A DNA stretch of 64,000 nucleotides from Azolla caroliniana (taxonomy: Eukaryota; Plantae; Polypodiophyta), in contig JBHGNT010000012.1 in the NCBI GenBank assembly GCA_043228905.1, positions 5,766,001 through 5,830,000 of the forward strand, in the 5' to 3' direction. The notes under the pieces were generated by a model. It worked only from the letters and a program-made list of their open reading frames with translations. It searched no databases and was not told the DNA's origin. Below are positions 43,601 to 57,880 of the stretch, one piece after another. Every line of letters begins with the position of its first letter. Positions within the stretch are counted from its first letter, which is position 1. The translations under genes were made by a program, and so were the position numbers.

Positions 43601-45149
43601 TCTTCTTTTCATCACAGAAAAAATGAGAATGTTCTCCTTTAATTAACGACAGGAACAATGTAATTAGTCTTCTTTAATTATGGAAGAAAAGTTGAAGCAT
43701 TCGTTCAATTCCCTGCAAACAAAGTGTAAGCTTTACTAATAAGGTAGACTTCGATCCAAGAAGATCAAGGAGATGATACGTCAGTGAGTTCTATTAATGA
43801 TCATGGTGCAGAAGGAAAATAATGGAAGTTTTTCATTTCATTACACACACGCATGAATTTGGAACTTCTGTAACTCAATTACAGAATGTGAAAGTATACT
43901 TTTTTTTCTTTATATATCCAAAGAATGATGCCATGGAGTCAAAAACAATGGAAATCCTTGGAACATCATGATGGAAGTTCTTGTTTCTTTCCCCTATGGC
44001 AAAAGAGGGGAAATGGTTGCTCTCTTCCATGGACATGGAAGGCAACAGAGAGAATGTGTGTGTTTTCTTTTCCATTTGCAATGAGAAAGCAGATGAATCA
44101 AAGTGTTCAGATCTCCATAGCACAAAACAAATCTGAGAAGCAAAAATTTCTGTTCTTTTGTTTCAGGTTTCTCTCTACATACACATACACATACACATAC
44201 ACATGCATTGCATGTATTTGTGTGTTATGTGTATGTGTAAGTATGTGCATATACATGTGCAAGGTATGCATGTGGGTATGTGTATGTGTATGTATGTCGG
44301 TATGGGTGTGTGCATGTGCATTCCCACATGGGCATGTGTATGTGTATTGTATGCATGTTGGGCATACACATACATAATACGAATGTCGGATGGAGGTATG
44401 CCTCTCCGGTCCATTTGTGTGAATGCCGCCGGCATGGGCTCTCGAGTCTCAACTGTATGTAAATGGGTGTGTAGAATAACATATGTTTTACTTTGATTTT
44501 TTGTGTATCTTTTAAGGATATTGGATTGTTTTGCTTAAAGTTTCACGAATTTGCAAGGAAATATGGAAGTAATCATTGGGTATGTTCGTCGTGAAGTTGT
44601 TTACTTGGGGGCTCAACATAATTGCTCTAGAGCCTAGGCTTAACGCACGTTTAAGTGGTCGCCCTGAATATCCTATGACCATATTGCATGCACTATGAAA
44701 GTAGTGGTGTTGAGCACATGAGAATAAGCTTGAATAAAACATGGTACAAGTAGTGAGTGCGTTAGAGCAAATTGTCCAAATTCAATGGTTCTTTGAGGAA
44801 TTCAGAATACATTTACAATGTGTAGCAAAGGCATTTAAAAAACCAAAGGCTTTGCATTGTTTAAGTGTTCAAGTGTGCATCCGAAACTAGAAATGTGTTA
44901 ATGCAAAGGCTTTTAAGATCCAATTGTCTGCAACTTTCACATTTCATGAGAAGGGATCAAAGCATGAGCAATGGGAAAACGTTTCGGTGTTCAACACATA
45001 TCTTTAATTCATCTTATCCCTTTACTTGAACGTAACCCATGTTTAGGTAGTCATAGATTTCCATAAGGTAATCGGGAAATGCTTGATATCGTACATAGAC
45101 AAGTAGCTTTGTAAAGTGAGTATCCTAAACGAAACATAGTAAATCTCGT

Positions 45150-45627
45150 ACTTAGTTGTTGAGTCTTTGAAGTTTGGACTATGCTTTCAATACTTGCTTG
45201 GAAATGGTTCATGTACTTCCTTTAGTGATTGTGAAGTTTTTAGGAAGAAGGAAGGAGATACAACCATTATGGGAATTATTGAGTAGTTCCACCATATTTT
45301 ACATTTGGAAGGCTCGTTGCTCTTCCCTTTTTCATCAAGTTAGGGTGTGACCAGTTGAAGTGGTGCATAACATTTGGCTAGACATTGTCCATAGTACATA
45401 CTTTGAAAGGACAATGGGATTGTCTCATCGGGGATTCAGACACTAAAGGCTCAGGGTCTCAAGTTTATCACTCTTTGGAAAGATACTCCACTTTTGTCCT
45501 TCAAAGATTGTAGCTCTTTTTGGCATTTTCAGCCACCAGGATGGTTGTTCCCTGCACCAATCACTTAGAGAATTACATCTCTATGTAAATTTCTTTATAC
45601 TAATGAATGGATTTCTTTAAAAAAAAG
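45150..45627 (+). mobile_element. LINE 3' end relic with short poly(A)
   Basis: HIWKARCS..F, HNIWLDIVH..LKGQWD, similar to the C-terminus of the LINE at 51600-51860; A-run at ~45619. Confidence 0.6.
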
Positions 45628-46454
45628 TTGCATCAATTGGACTCCTTATAAGATAGAACAACATTTGTTTGGTTGAAATAATAAATTCCAAGAGACATGC
45701 CTGAATATTACTAATATGGACAACATGTGAGATCAACCATGGAAACTTCCCATTTGGCATTCTTTAGCAATAGATTTGCTATAGTTTTACTACTTTGTAT
45801 CAAACCTTTGATGAAAAGGGTACTTAACGAGAATGAATTCATGAGTTTTGTTGATATTGAAGGAATTTCACACCAACCAACCTCACCTTTACATTTTGGT
45901 CAAAAGTATGAAGTTGATGAAGAGAATACATATGAAATGTATAACACGACAAATGCTCACATGATCCACATATGTCAAACCTACATAAGAAAATTGATTA
46001 TTGTATTATATGTTCGTTCTAAGAAAGAATTTGATATATTTGAAGGTATGCACTACTATGATAAAGATTATGAAAAATTAGATACATACATACGAGTCAA
46101 GACAATGTATGTATCTAATTCATGCAATCCTTTAGGGAAGGAGTCATGCGCATTCATTAATCTAGAAGACTATAAAGGAGAATGACAACATTTTATTATG
46201 CCAACGAGAAATGGTTGCAGAGAGAAAACATCACGAAATTGGTAAAGTTTTTGGTAATTGGGGGGTTTTGTAATTGATAAATATATTCCATGATGGATTC
46301 TATCATCTTTTGGCACAAATATGTGGGGTTTTGGATAAATGTTACATTTGTTTTAACTATTGCAAGCTATTAAACAAAATAAATAGACATCGTCTATGAA
46401 AACAAATGTTGAGTATTTATAAAAATATCTTATGCTTGTGCAACATTTTCTTTA

Positions 46455-46770
46455 TAATGTCAATTAACAATTAACAATTCACACTTTTCTTAGAATTAAC
46501 AATTAACAATTCTTTCAAATGTCAATGGACAATAAAAAAAATCTTTCAATTGTCAATTGACAATTAAAGATTTCTTAGAATATCAATGGACAATTAACAA
46601 ATTTTTCAAGATGTCAATGGACAATTAAAGATTTCTTAGAATATCAATGGACAATTAACAAATTTTTCAAGATGGCAATGGACAATTAAAAATTTCTTTC
46701 AATTGTTAATTGACAATTAATGATTTCCTCGAATATCAACGGACAATTAACAATTTTTTTAAGATGTCAA
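46455..46770. repeat. ~23-bp minisatellite (TGTCAATGGACAATTAA core)
   Basis: About a dozen copies seen directly. Confidence 0.9.
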
Positions 46771-48142
46771 GAAACTACCAAGTTAAAAATTCAACATCTC
46801 AATCGGATTGACATGTGTTAAGAAAAATGTCCCATGAAATTGTTGGGTGTATGTCATATCCTAATGTTTGTTGCCAAATGGCTTTAAATTATAAGTCCAC
46901 ACAATATGTGGAATCCTTAATGATGACTATATGACTTTATATAGAGAAATGGAGATTTGCAAGAAGCATAGGCATTGTTTTCTAGTTGAAAATGCATGTA
47001 CATATGTCTCTCATCAAATACAACTTTCTATATGATTGAATATCGTGGTCTTTCTTTTTCAACCACTTCAATTTTAGTGATCATGTTATCTCATTATGCA
47101 TTGAATACCCCGATCTTCCTTATCATTCCAAAGATAGTAGGAAAAAGTCAAGTTCAATGCTTGGTTCACTTAAAGAGTACTATATTTTCACAAGCCAATT
47201 GTATTGAGATATATTAGAACAAGAGAAAAAAAGATACAAGGCTTGACTTGTTGAGGAATGGCTTACCATACGCTCATGCCTTCATCCAATGAAGTGGTTG
47301 TGGCCTTGAATCCCTTTATCCTAAACTTCTCTTTGAGCTCTAGAGAGCGAGTTGCATTATTCTCTTGATATATTAATCTCCTCCTTGAGGGTAACCTAAT
47401 TTCTTGCTTGGAGCTGTTTGTTAACCTTGAGTTGCTTCATCTAGAGACTAGAACCCATTGATTATTTTCTCCACATCACACAAATGTTTTTTAAGCTAGG
47501 CATAGCAACAAACAAAAAACAAATTTTTTTGAAGCTAGATGTAGAGGCATATCATCAGTCTACCCAAAAAAACAATAATTTCTTCATTCTCCTTCAAGCA
47601 TAGAATATTGAAAAGCTAAAGGTCATGTTCATGGAGGAAGAAGGGTCAATTAATTGGTTCCAAGTCCTCTTTGCTTACCTTTAATGATTGGAAAGTTTTG
47701 ACCGAATAACACCTATGTTTCAACATCCAATCAAATGCCATAGATAATAGCCCTTGTGCAAATCCTAGTTTTCTCATTTTTTAAAGATGTCAAGCTCAAC
47801 ACACACCTTGTATCACAAGATTGGGGCAAGAGGGAAAACACAAGAAAAGCGGAATTCAAGAGGGAAACGATGGAAATTTCTTTTTTATTTTAATTTTCAA
47901 ACTACATAAATAGTCGATTCAAAAAATAAGAACCAACTAGATTTCGACTTTTGGGAAATTCTGGTTAGAATCAATTTCGGTTGTCCCCAACATTGGTCGG
48001 CAAGAGTCCCAACCCAACATGAATGTTGACACTATTATTGGGACTTTGCCCAACACTTATTGTATGTAATGTTTAACATTGAATTAATCCAATCCACCTA
48101 TTTTTAATAACCTCAGAACTTGGAATTAATCCCTAGCTCCAT

Positions 48143-48288
48143 TGATTTGAAACTATGGAATTGACTCACAAAGGCATGCTTGCTAGCATTTCCGGCCTTA
48201 TTGATAGAGAAGGTCCATTGATTTGAAACTATGGAATTGAAACACAAAGGCATGCTTGCTAGCATTTCCGGCCTTATTGATAGAGAAA
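48143..48288. repeat. ~76-bp tandem duplication
   Basis: CCATTGATTTGAAACTATGGAATTGA...TTGATAGAGAA twice. Confidence 0.85.
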
Positions 48289-48388
48289 GCTCATTCTAAA
48301 GTATGGCATAACAAAATCGAGGTCAAGAATCTAGAAGAAGGTTATACATCACAAGGACACAAGAAAAAAATTAAAACTTAAAAGGTTA

Positions 48389-48600
48389 TTATGGCAAGAG
48401 ATGACCATAAAATACCATTAACATCCCAAATGTCACAATGAAAGGTGTAACTAGTCCATTCCAAATCCAAAATGCCATGGATTTGTTCCAATTGAGAAGT
48501 GCACCTGAAGCCTTACAAAATGTAGTTAGGGTCATTTCAAATTTTTGGATGTTATCCAAATCACCTTGCAAATGGCACGGTGTAGAGGGCGGAAAAAGAT
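48389..48600 (-). mobile_element. Inverted LINE RT fragment from a different copy
   Basis: LQGDLDNI...FCKASGALLNWNKS is homologous to, but diverged from, 50240-50325. Confidence 0.7.
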
Positions 48601-48659
48601 GTATGGGATAAGTTTTGTTTAACATATAATGTGATAGATTGTTGGAATGCACCTAACTT

Positions 48660-51600
48660 TCAGATGCAAAAAGAAAAATCTCTTCTATACTCTAAAGTAG
48701 GAGGAAGCGTGCATGGCGATGTCCAGGCTGGACAGATGGTATTTGGACCCTCATCTCATCGATAGGAAAGACAAATGCATTATTTGTCCTAGAATGATGT
48801 TCTCAGACCATGCACTAGTTCTATTGCATATACAAGAAAACAATCAATGCAGGCCACATAATGTGAAGGGGAGCAAAGAATTGGTTATTGACAATAAATG
48901 GACTGATGATATATTAAGAAGAATATGGTCTGATGTCAAATGGATGTATCATGATCCCGCTCATAGGCTGGCTGGAAAAATTGTGGAATGTGCATTCTTC
49001 TTTCAGAAGAAAGCAACTGAAATTAGAAAAGAGACGAGGAGAAACTGCAGAGAATGCAATGGACACTCACTTCTGTGCAATGACTAAGAGAACAATACCC
49101 GAATAATGTATGGATTGAGGCCCGACTAAAGGAGGCAAAATGCAAACTGGATATGTATTAAGAAACTAAGGACTACCAATGCCTATCAAAGTAAAGCAAC
49201 AAGTTGGATGAGGGTATGAGACCATGTTACTAAACGTTTTTTTGAAGCTGTCAAATGCAGAGGCTCCGGTCATGTTTAAAAAAGATAGATGGCACAATGA
49301 CCACGTGCGCGGTGGAAATGCTTGAAATGGCCACGAGCTATTATATGCAACTATTGAATGTATGCAAAGAGGGACAGATTGATCAAGATGCCTTTAGAAA
49401 TATAATAAATAGGATACCGAAGAGAGTTACTGCTCAAATGATAGATCGACTAAATACCCCTATATGTATGCAAGAATTGTGGGATGTAATTGCAGATATG
49501 AACAAACAAAGTTGCACACGCATTGATGGACTCCTTATATACTTTTATATCAAACATTGGGATCTAATTAAGGATGACATGTTGGGAGGGATGCAATATA
49601 TTATGATAGAAGGTTTAATGCTTACAACAATGTGCAGATGAATGATTTATTTAACACCCAAGGATGGAAAAGATGTGACAATACTTGATAATTGGCGACC
49701 ATTGACGATTCTCACCAATGCCTATAAGATAATGGCTGAAGTTGTAAGTAGTCGATTGAAAACAGTACTAGGGGACATTATACATACAACACAAATTGGC
49801 TTCCTAGAAAACCGAAGCATTGTTGACAATGTGATAACTTTATGGGAGTATTCAGCATGGGCAGAGGAGCAAGAAGTGGACCTGGCAATAAGGCTACTCA
49901 ACTTCGAAAAAGCATATGACAGGATCTCATGGGAATTCCTAAAAGCAATGATGGAGGCCCTAGGGTTCGAGTAGCAATGGATCCTTGGAACAGATGCCTT
50001 CTACAGGGATGCATCCAACCAAGTTTTAATGGCTGGAAGCATGGGCAAGAGCTTTAAGACATCACAATCGGTACACCAAGGATGCCCATTGGCCCCGTAC
50101 ATATTCATTATTGCAATAGAAGCTTTGCATGATCAGATTGCTGATAGATCTTGGCAAATACAAGGTCTTCCCTTGCTCGATGATGTAGGAATGTTGCTTG
50201 ATACAGAATATGATGATGATACAACGACTTACATTAAGGGGGATGCAAACAACTTGGGCAAAATAAAAAGTGCAATTAATGAGTTTTGCAAGAGCTTGGG
50301 TGCTAAAATAAATTGGAATAAATAAGTGGGGATTTGGATTAGTAATAAGCCTGTGTGAAATTGGACGCCGACCCCCAATTTCAAATGGTTGAGGAGAGGA
50401 GAAGCTACCAGATACTTGGCTTTCAAAATCGGTATGGACATTGATTGATTAGAACACTACAATCTACTCGTGGACAAAATAAAAGCGAAGCTAATATGGT
50501 GGAATGCAAGAAAACTATCCTTCACATGCAAGATTGTGATTGCAAATCAAATTCTAATGGCCACCATATGGCATACTAGATAATCACGACCAAGTTGATG
50601 AAAGTGATAAAAAGGCTTATAAAAAATTTCTTATGGGGGGCACCGAGGAAAAACATGCTTGTGAAAATGTATATGGGCACTCAAAAGGCTAGAATATGTA
50701 GGATAAACAAGGGTAAAAGCATGCTCAAGAGAATTACAGATGCCATTGCACGCATCATGCAAACCTTGGAAGATGAAGATATAATTACCTCCGAAATTGA
50801 ATGGGCAGGACTTATAGATGTTGGAAATTATCCAATTGGAATTAAGGGAATGAAAGCAGGATCTAATGAGGCATACTACAACAAAATAGAGCATGGAATG
50901 GCAACATGTGAGCAACCAACCTATCAAACTGAAAGGCCGATTAGGTTGATTGCAAAAATAGAAAGGATATGATTGTTGACCCCAGGCCGAGTGAGATCAC
51001 ACCAATGACAATGTGTTGGCCGGTAGAAGCGCATTCAGATCACTTATCATGGGACCCAACAATGTATTTCTGGAGAACTCAAGGATGAATTGAGGGTGCC
51101 AAGTTGGTTCAATGTTTTAGGTACAACACGAAAATCAAGAGGCAAATTATTCTAGAACAAGAACACAAAGATATTGCAGCACATAAATATTGGATACAGA
51201 AGGGCATTAATGAAAGGAGATTAGATCAATTCTGGAAAATGATATGGCATGACAGTGGTGATCGCAAGATAATGATGTGATTAAGCCTTGCCGATAGGGA
51301 CATGGGGTAAACGCCCCAATGTAGACCCTAGATATAGTGCATGTGAAAACCATCTAGAAATCATTTCCCATTGTCTATGGGAATGTCGCAAGGCAACGGA
51401 TGTATGGGGAAGGGCATTGCGATTGCTATGCCATGCCTCTAGCTCATTTATCCTCAAATGGGGACATGCTTATTGGAACTGTCTTGATGATGATGTGGAA
51501 AAATTTGATAGCACATGCAAAGCAATGTATAGAGGGAAGAATGGAACTATTTGATTGATCATTGATAACAAGACACGTATAGTTAGTGCACAGAAGAAGT

Positions 51601-51870
51601 AAATTGGAGATCTATGGATGTTGCTTGTACCCATTATCATATGTGCATATGGACGACAAGATGTACCCTGAGGGTATTTTCAGCTAACAAACGACCTCTA
51701 GCTGAATCTATTAAGCTAATATGGCACACATTAATAACTACATTGAGGGCACAATATGAGTGGATTGATGGAACAGATGATGCTTTAGAACGAATGAGGC
51801 TGAATTTCAGAAATTGTTGGTGTACTACATCGATGGCTGCAAAAACTGGAATGAATATATGATGGCAGTA
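48660..51870 (+). mobile_element. Degenerate L1/Tx1-like LINE ORF2 (endonuclease end, RT, zinc finger)
   Basis: SRLDRWY..SDH, NWRPLTILTNAYKI, FEKAYDRISW, QGCPLAPY, EYDDDT, CENHLEIISHCLWEC; many stops. Confidence 0.9.
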
Positions 51871-52859
51871 AGATGTGAATAGATGGGAATCCTGTAATCA
51901 TGTATTCCTTAGGTTGATGAAAGTACAACCATGTATTCCTTAGGAATTCTCAGAAAAACAACTGAAATAAGGGTCAAACGGTACCTTGAGTTCATAATTT
52001 TGACGAGATTGAAGCCCGGTTTCCAAGACAAAAAACAAGCAGCTGCATTCTGAATGTTGATCATATTCGCATTCAACATGACATGTATGGGCTCAATCAT
52101 ATCCAATTCTAGGTGATAGAAAGCATGTCTCATACATTAGATGTCAATTATTTTACCTATGTGATGTTGAATAACTTCATCAATGAGGTCACGTAAATCT
52201 CCTCTCTTCAACTGTAACCCTATTACCCCACACACAATTGAGTAGGTGTGTAGACAACTTACCTCTTTCTACAACAAGGCTCCTTCATTAGGCGTGAAAA
52301 CCATCGTAATAGGAAACCGTTGAGGAGCTGTCAGGGGCACTACATCCAAGTTCTTGTGGCGTGTAGCGTTGGGCATCTTGTAAAACGTCTTCTTCTACTT
52401 TTCCGTCTTCTATTTGCTTTGTTCGCTCACTCCCTCGGGTCCATCTATTTTCTTTTATTCTTTCACATTAATTTTTTTCATCTATGTGATTGTGATTGTT
52501 AATTTCTATATTAATTTTTCTATGTACACATATAGTAAACCCTAATTTTTCTATGATGGCATCCGGTAAGGTTACAAAAGGGGTGCCTCATCCGACTACC
52601 CGATTACAGAACGGTGCGGATCCGGATTGGTACAACTATCCAGATCCCTCATTTCCTTAATCTAAATTACCTATAATATTCTATTATCCGTTGGCTTTAT
52701 CCCTTTTCGGTTCACACCTCCGCCTCTAGATCATACTCTTTCTTAGGCCAACACATGGCACACCCGGGGGACATTGCATTGTGCGTCGAACCCACAAGTC
52801 AACTCCCTTACTCCTCGTCGAGTATGTCCAGGATGCGTTGGTCCAATGGTTCCATCCGC

Positions 52860-53909
52860 TGTCGTGAAGATTTTCGGCAATAGTGTGAAAATCCCATAAA
52901 ACGTACGAAATCGAGTATGAATCACGTAATACAATAATTGTGAAGATAACATTTTTAATATCTAAGTACAAAATGATGGAGGTTTCGAATGCACTTTATT
53001 ACACGAGAAATGGAAAACTAAATGTCAAGATATGAGGGTATAAAGTTTGTGAAAAGAAAAGAGAAAATTGTGAGATATCCCACATAGGCACGACAAATAC
53101 GGCTCTCATCATATATAAGGTGGAGCAAAAGATATTATCTTTGTGTTTATGTGTGGAGCATAGAGAGTTTAAGCTAACTTGAACTAACAGTGGAGGTGGC
53201 TAGCTACTCGAAAAGGGTTTTGGCCAACCAAAACCGGACCGGCGATGGAGCCGGTGATCCGACGGCATCCGGCGGCGGCACTGGTATCTGACGTCGGCAT
53301 CCGGCGGCGGCACCGGCACCGGTATCCGGCGACGACGTCGGCATCTGGCGGCAGCATCTGGCGAGGCATCGGTATCCGGCGAACCGGCGTCCGGCGACTA
53401 GATAAAATAAATATATAAATATATATATATTTACATATACAAGGAGGGCAAGTATGGATTCGAACCTTACACCTCCAAGTTAGGAGTCAATTGGCTTACC
53501 ATTAAGCCATGTTATTTAGTTGAAATTATATTTCTATCATTGTACTTTTACGTGTAAATTCTCATCCATGAGAGCTAAAATGAGTGACATGGTTAGCATG
53601 CACCACATGTAATACTTAAGCGCCAAATGGCAAACATGCAATTTATGCATGTCTTGTACCCTCACATGCATCATATGCATGAGAGCATCTATAAAAGAGG
53701 GAAGGGGGAGGAGAAAAACATGGTTTTTTTTATGAAAATTAAGAGGAAGAAATTCGTTTTCAAATCAATCGTGTAATCTCAACTTCTCTCTTTCCCAATC
53801 TATCTTAAGTACTTTCTCGCCAAAGCTTGTATCGACTCTAAATCCTTCTGGTCCAGAACCCCGGCGGTTTCGCCTCACGATCCGCGCATAGTGACGGATC
53901 TTCATGACA
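52860..53909 (+). mobile_element. Solo LTR (~1050 bp)
   Basis: Termini TGTCGTGAAGAT / ATCTTCATGACA (11/12 inverted match), 4-bp TSD CCGC, TATA at ~53689, CCGG-rich array 53225-53400. Confidence 0.9.
53452..53509 (-). promoter_or_regulatory. tRNA-like Pol III A-box/B-box module in an LTR (best-preserved example)
   Basis: TGGCTTAATGGTAAGCC (A-box, D-stem GGCTT/AAGCC), CTCCTAA loop, GAGGT, GGTTCGAATC B-box. Confidence 0.75.
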
Positions 53910-54202
53910 CCGCTCTTCTTTAGTCCCCGTCTGTTGCTTAATCTCCGGCTCTAACTGCTTCACTTGGGACTCCGGCTGCTTCGCTTGTGTCTCCGGCTCC
54001 GGCTCTGTCTCTGTCTGCTCCATCCTCTGCGTCTCTAGTTTTGGATTCGACTGTTACTGTTTCGAGGTCCCCGGGTCTACTTGTTGGTCTTCATCACTAA
54101 TATCTATCTTTTCAGCTCTCTACTCCACTTCTTTCCACCTTCGCTCCCACTCATATGCTTCCAAGTCCAGTGTCGCTTGTAGTTGATCATCTTCAAATTG
54201 TT

Positions 54203-56629
54203 TGTTAAGAATTAGGTAATTAAGCAAGGGTTAGTTAGTACCTAATATGTGATTAAGTTAAGCGAAAGATTAAGTGATATGTGTGTGTATGTGTGTGAGA
54301 GGAAGAGAGAGAGGAGGATACACTTATGAACAACAACAAGATGGGGGATGAGTAACTATATTAAAAAGCATCATCAAAGTCCAAAAATACCCACAATGAG
54401 GTATATATACAACTCATGTGCAATGGTGCACATGTTTGAGTAGAATATAGGTACAAGGATGTAAGTCCTATATTCAATATACTTGGTAGTGGAGGATCTT
54501 CAATGTATGTCCACTTACATACAAAGTACAAAATCCTATTTAAGGGTTTATAGTCAACACTCCTAACTAGATTCTATCTAGGTAACTACAAAGTTACATG
54601 GCTGACTAGATAACTAAACTAAGATGAGCTTGATCTCTCAACACGCCCCCTCAAGCTCAAGTGTGAGGCTTCCGACATCCGCTTTGGCTTTCGTCGGCTT
54701 CGTGTGCTTCCGTTCGGCCTTCGGCTTTCTTCGGCCTTTTCAAGCCAATCTCGGTTCCTCCCCCTCAAGCCGTTGACGAAGGCTTGTAGAGTGTGGGCGA
54801 AGGCCGACTACTTCCACCCATCGTGGGTTGTGAGCCACTTTTGTAGAGCTCTCAGGCTCTTGTTCGGCCGCTACCTTCATCGTGAAGGCATAATGATGGG
54901 CCATGTACTCGTTGTAGTCGAGCCGAGCGATGGGATTCTTCTCTTTAGAAGAGCGTCGAAGTTTTTCGCTCGTCGATGTGAGCACCTTCTTTACTCTGGG
55001 TGTTCGCATGATGGGTACACCAAACTCACTGTCTAGTGAGGGAGCCGACACATCTGAATCACTGTCGTCAGGGTGGTTGACTTCGTATTTGGGCATCTTA
55101 CCTTTGCCTTTGTCGAAGGTCGTACTTGGTCGCGACGTGCTTTGGTTCGCTCGGGGGCTCTTGTGGCCCACTACGCCTTGTCGTAATCGGACCTCCGAAT
55201 ATGTGCTTCAGTCGATCTTCAACTTCTATCTCTATTTCGGCGGATTCCGGGTCGAGTGGAGTCGGAGTCGAAGTTGTCTCTGGTGCGTACCAGGATGCGA
55301 ACTTGTCGAAGACTACATCTCGACTTACCCAAACCGCTCGGGTAGAAGGGTTGCAACACTTGTATGCCTTCTTCTCGGACGAGTATCCTACGAGAATACA
55401 TTTCTCCGACTTCGCGTCGGGCTTCTATCGGTTTTCCTTCGGGATGCGTACATTCACAATGATTCCGAACACCTTGAGGTGCAACAGGATTAGCTTCCTT
55501 CTGACGGGGAGCTCGTATGGAGTTAGCTCATGCACTCCATTAGTAGTGCATCGATTCATGAGATAGATGGTCGTGGATGCTGCGTCAACCCAATAGAAGT
55601 TCGGCATGTGCTTCTTATGTCGCATGGCCCATACTACCTCGAGTATGTGCCGATTCTTCCTTTTGGTGACTCCATTTTGTTGGGGTGTGTGTCGGCATGA
55701 GAACTCTTTCCGATTGCCTTCACTTTGGAGGTAGGAGATGAATTCATCGGAGAAGTACTCCTTGCCTCCATCCGATCGTAGGCATCGAATGTGCTGACCA
55801 GTTTCTTTTTCGACTTGGCCCTTGAGCTTTTGGAAGTGGGAGAACCCTTCACTCTTCTTCTTCATCGGGAAGATCAACGTGTAGCGCGAGTAGTCATCGA
55901 TGAAGGAGACGTAGAATCGGCATCCGCCGATCATTGGCGCTTGAGCCGGTCCCCATACATTCGAGTGTATGATGTCGAGGAGGCCTTTGCTTGCGTAGCT
56001 CTCCTTCGGGAATGGGAGTCGATGTTGTTTGCCGAGTTGGCATGCTTCACATACTCGATCGATTCGTTTCGACTCGAATGCCGGAAGTCCGATGACGACT
56101 CCCGTTGATTGCATTGCTTGAAGACGTTGGAGGTTTATGTGGCTGATTTTTTTGTGCCACAACTCGATGCTTGTCTCGGTTTTGAGACCTTTGGCATACA
56201 TGGCCGATTTCACCTCATTCGAATCGAGGATGAACATTCGACCGTCTCTCCATCCCTTGGCTATGAGTCGGCCATCTTTCTCGATGAAACAACCTTCATT
56301 GTTGAAGCAGACTTGCATGCCTTGCTCCAAAATTTGGCCGACCGAGACCAAATTCTTCGTTATTGTGGGCACGTGCAAGACATTCTTGATGCAAGTTTGC
56401 TCGTCTTCCTTCCCGAATGGGACATTGCTGATGTGCCGAATGGGATGTGTGGTGTCGTCTCCCGTCTCTATGAAGCCGGGTCGGTCCTACGTTCGTAAGT
56501 CACGAAACCACTCTTGGTGTGACGTCATATGATGTGAGGCGCCGGAATCGACGAACCACACGTCTTTCAAATTGGAGGTGCTTGCGGAGTCGGAGGCCGA
56601 CATAGAGTTCTCTCTATGCCTCATTACAA
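54203..56629 (-). mobile_element. Copia element 3, internally deleted (protease and integrase; RT/RNase H lost), 3' LTR 54203-54643
   Basis: WFVDSGASHHMT, FIDDYSRY, LRSDGGKEY, PQQNG; jumps from NPRWVE to the PPT TTGAGGGGGCG. Confidence 0.9.
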
Positions 56630-57880
56630 TGTCGTGATGTTTTCTAACACATAGTGTGAAACCAACCTCGAAAAGAAGTAAAATAGTAGTTCAAATAAAC
56701 TAGTATTGTGAAGTCAACTTTATTGGTAACAAAAATACTTTTTCATTTACCAAAGATAATTCCTTATAAATAAATGGTCAAAGGTTGAACATTACAATAA
56801 ATAATGATGAATATTAAGTTAGAGGCGGTTTTCAAAAGTAGAGAAAAAGATGGAGAGAGAAATAAACAACGCGTGGATATGAGGAGCATAGTAGAGAAAA
56901 ATGTCATAATTTCCACGTCAAATGTCCAAATTAGAAAAGAAAATATGCATAAGAAAGATAACCCAAAGAGCTTTCTAAGAATATCTTGCATGTGAAATTT
57001 GGGGCTAGAAAACAGAAATAGTGAGAAAAAGAAATGTCAACTCATATAGACAAATTTTTTTTAGGGGAAAAAGGCAAGCAATCCTAAACCTATAAATAAG
57101 AGCCTATTCTAGTGAAGAAGAGGGGGAGGGAGAAGGAGCATGGAAGCTCTACTCAATTGGAAGGCAAAAGTAGAAGGATCAACAACATCGAGAGGCATCA
57201 TCAACAAAGAATCACCTTCTTCTATATTCCACTCGCTTCTTTCCTCCACCTCTCTTCCCCCTTCCTTTATAAATTATCTCTCATATTCATATCAAACCCG
57301 TTGTAAAATTGATTCTTATTTTATAAAAGAATCTATTATATTGCAATAAAATAATGTTTGGTTTCACCTACGTATCTTATATGTTATCATCATTTTTGCT
57401 TATTTGTTTGTGTGCCTTGTGACAAGGGAGCGTTTCGGGCTTGCCCATGCACCTCTCCTTTCACAAAGGCATTCAAACATACATGCCTTATATGTTATTG
57501 TCATTTGTGCTTATCTGTTTGTGTGTCTTGTGACAAGGGAGCATTTCAGGCTTGCCCATGCACCTCTCCTTTCACAAAGCCATTCAAACTTTTGTGTCTT
57601 GCGTGTTAGTGTAAATCTTGCTTGTGTGTTCGTGAAACTTGTGGCAAGGGAGTGTTTGGGCTTGCCCATGCACCTCTCCTTTCACAAAGGCGTTCGAAAT
57701 TGTATCCCGTGTGTAAACTTTGGTAGTGTGTTCGCGTGTCTTGTAACAAGGGAGCGTTCAGGCTTGCCCATGCACCTCTCTTTTCACAAAGGCATTCGAA
57801 ACTTTGTCTCTCGTGTGTGTAAGTAAGCCTTTTCCTTGTGTGTCCGGGTGTAAGCCTTCCTCACGTGCATTCGTTCGCCT
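56630..57880 (+). mobile_element. LTR with the same 5' terminus type as 52860, cut near its 3' end by Copia 4; contains four ~102-111 bp repeats
   Basis: Starts TGTCGTGATGTTTTC..ATAGTGTGAAA; TATA at ~57090; repeats at 57418, 57529, 57640, 57742. Confidence 0.75.

Larger units (their letters stand above)
52485..54202 (-). mobile_element. 3' end of an LTR element with a short LTR (~52485-52716) and an acidic 3' ORF, interrupted by a solo LTR
   Basis: PPT GAGGCGGAGG then TGTGA...TCACA; ORF MEQTETEPEP...KEER|MEPLDQRILDILDEE is rejoined across the insertion. Confidence 0.6.

Noticed and set aside
48389-48700. Twin-priming 5' inversion of a single LINE
   Set aside because: The inverted piece duplicates an RT segment still present at ~50240-50325 and is diverged, so it is a separate copy
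53452-53509. Functional tRNA-Arg(CCT) gene
   Set aside because: Anticodon and acceptor stems do not pair, and sister modules have different loop triplets
57370-57830. CRISPR-like repeat-spacer appearance
   Set aside because: Spacers are related to each other, repeats are ~60 bp, it lies inside an LTR in eukaryotic DNA, and there are no cas genes
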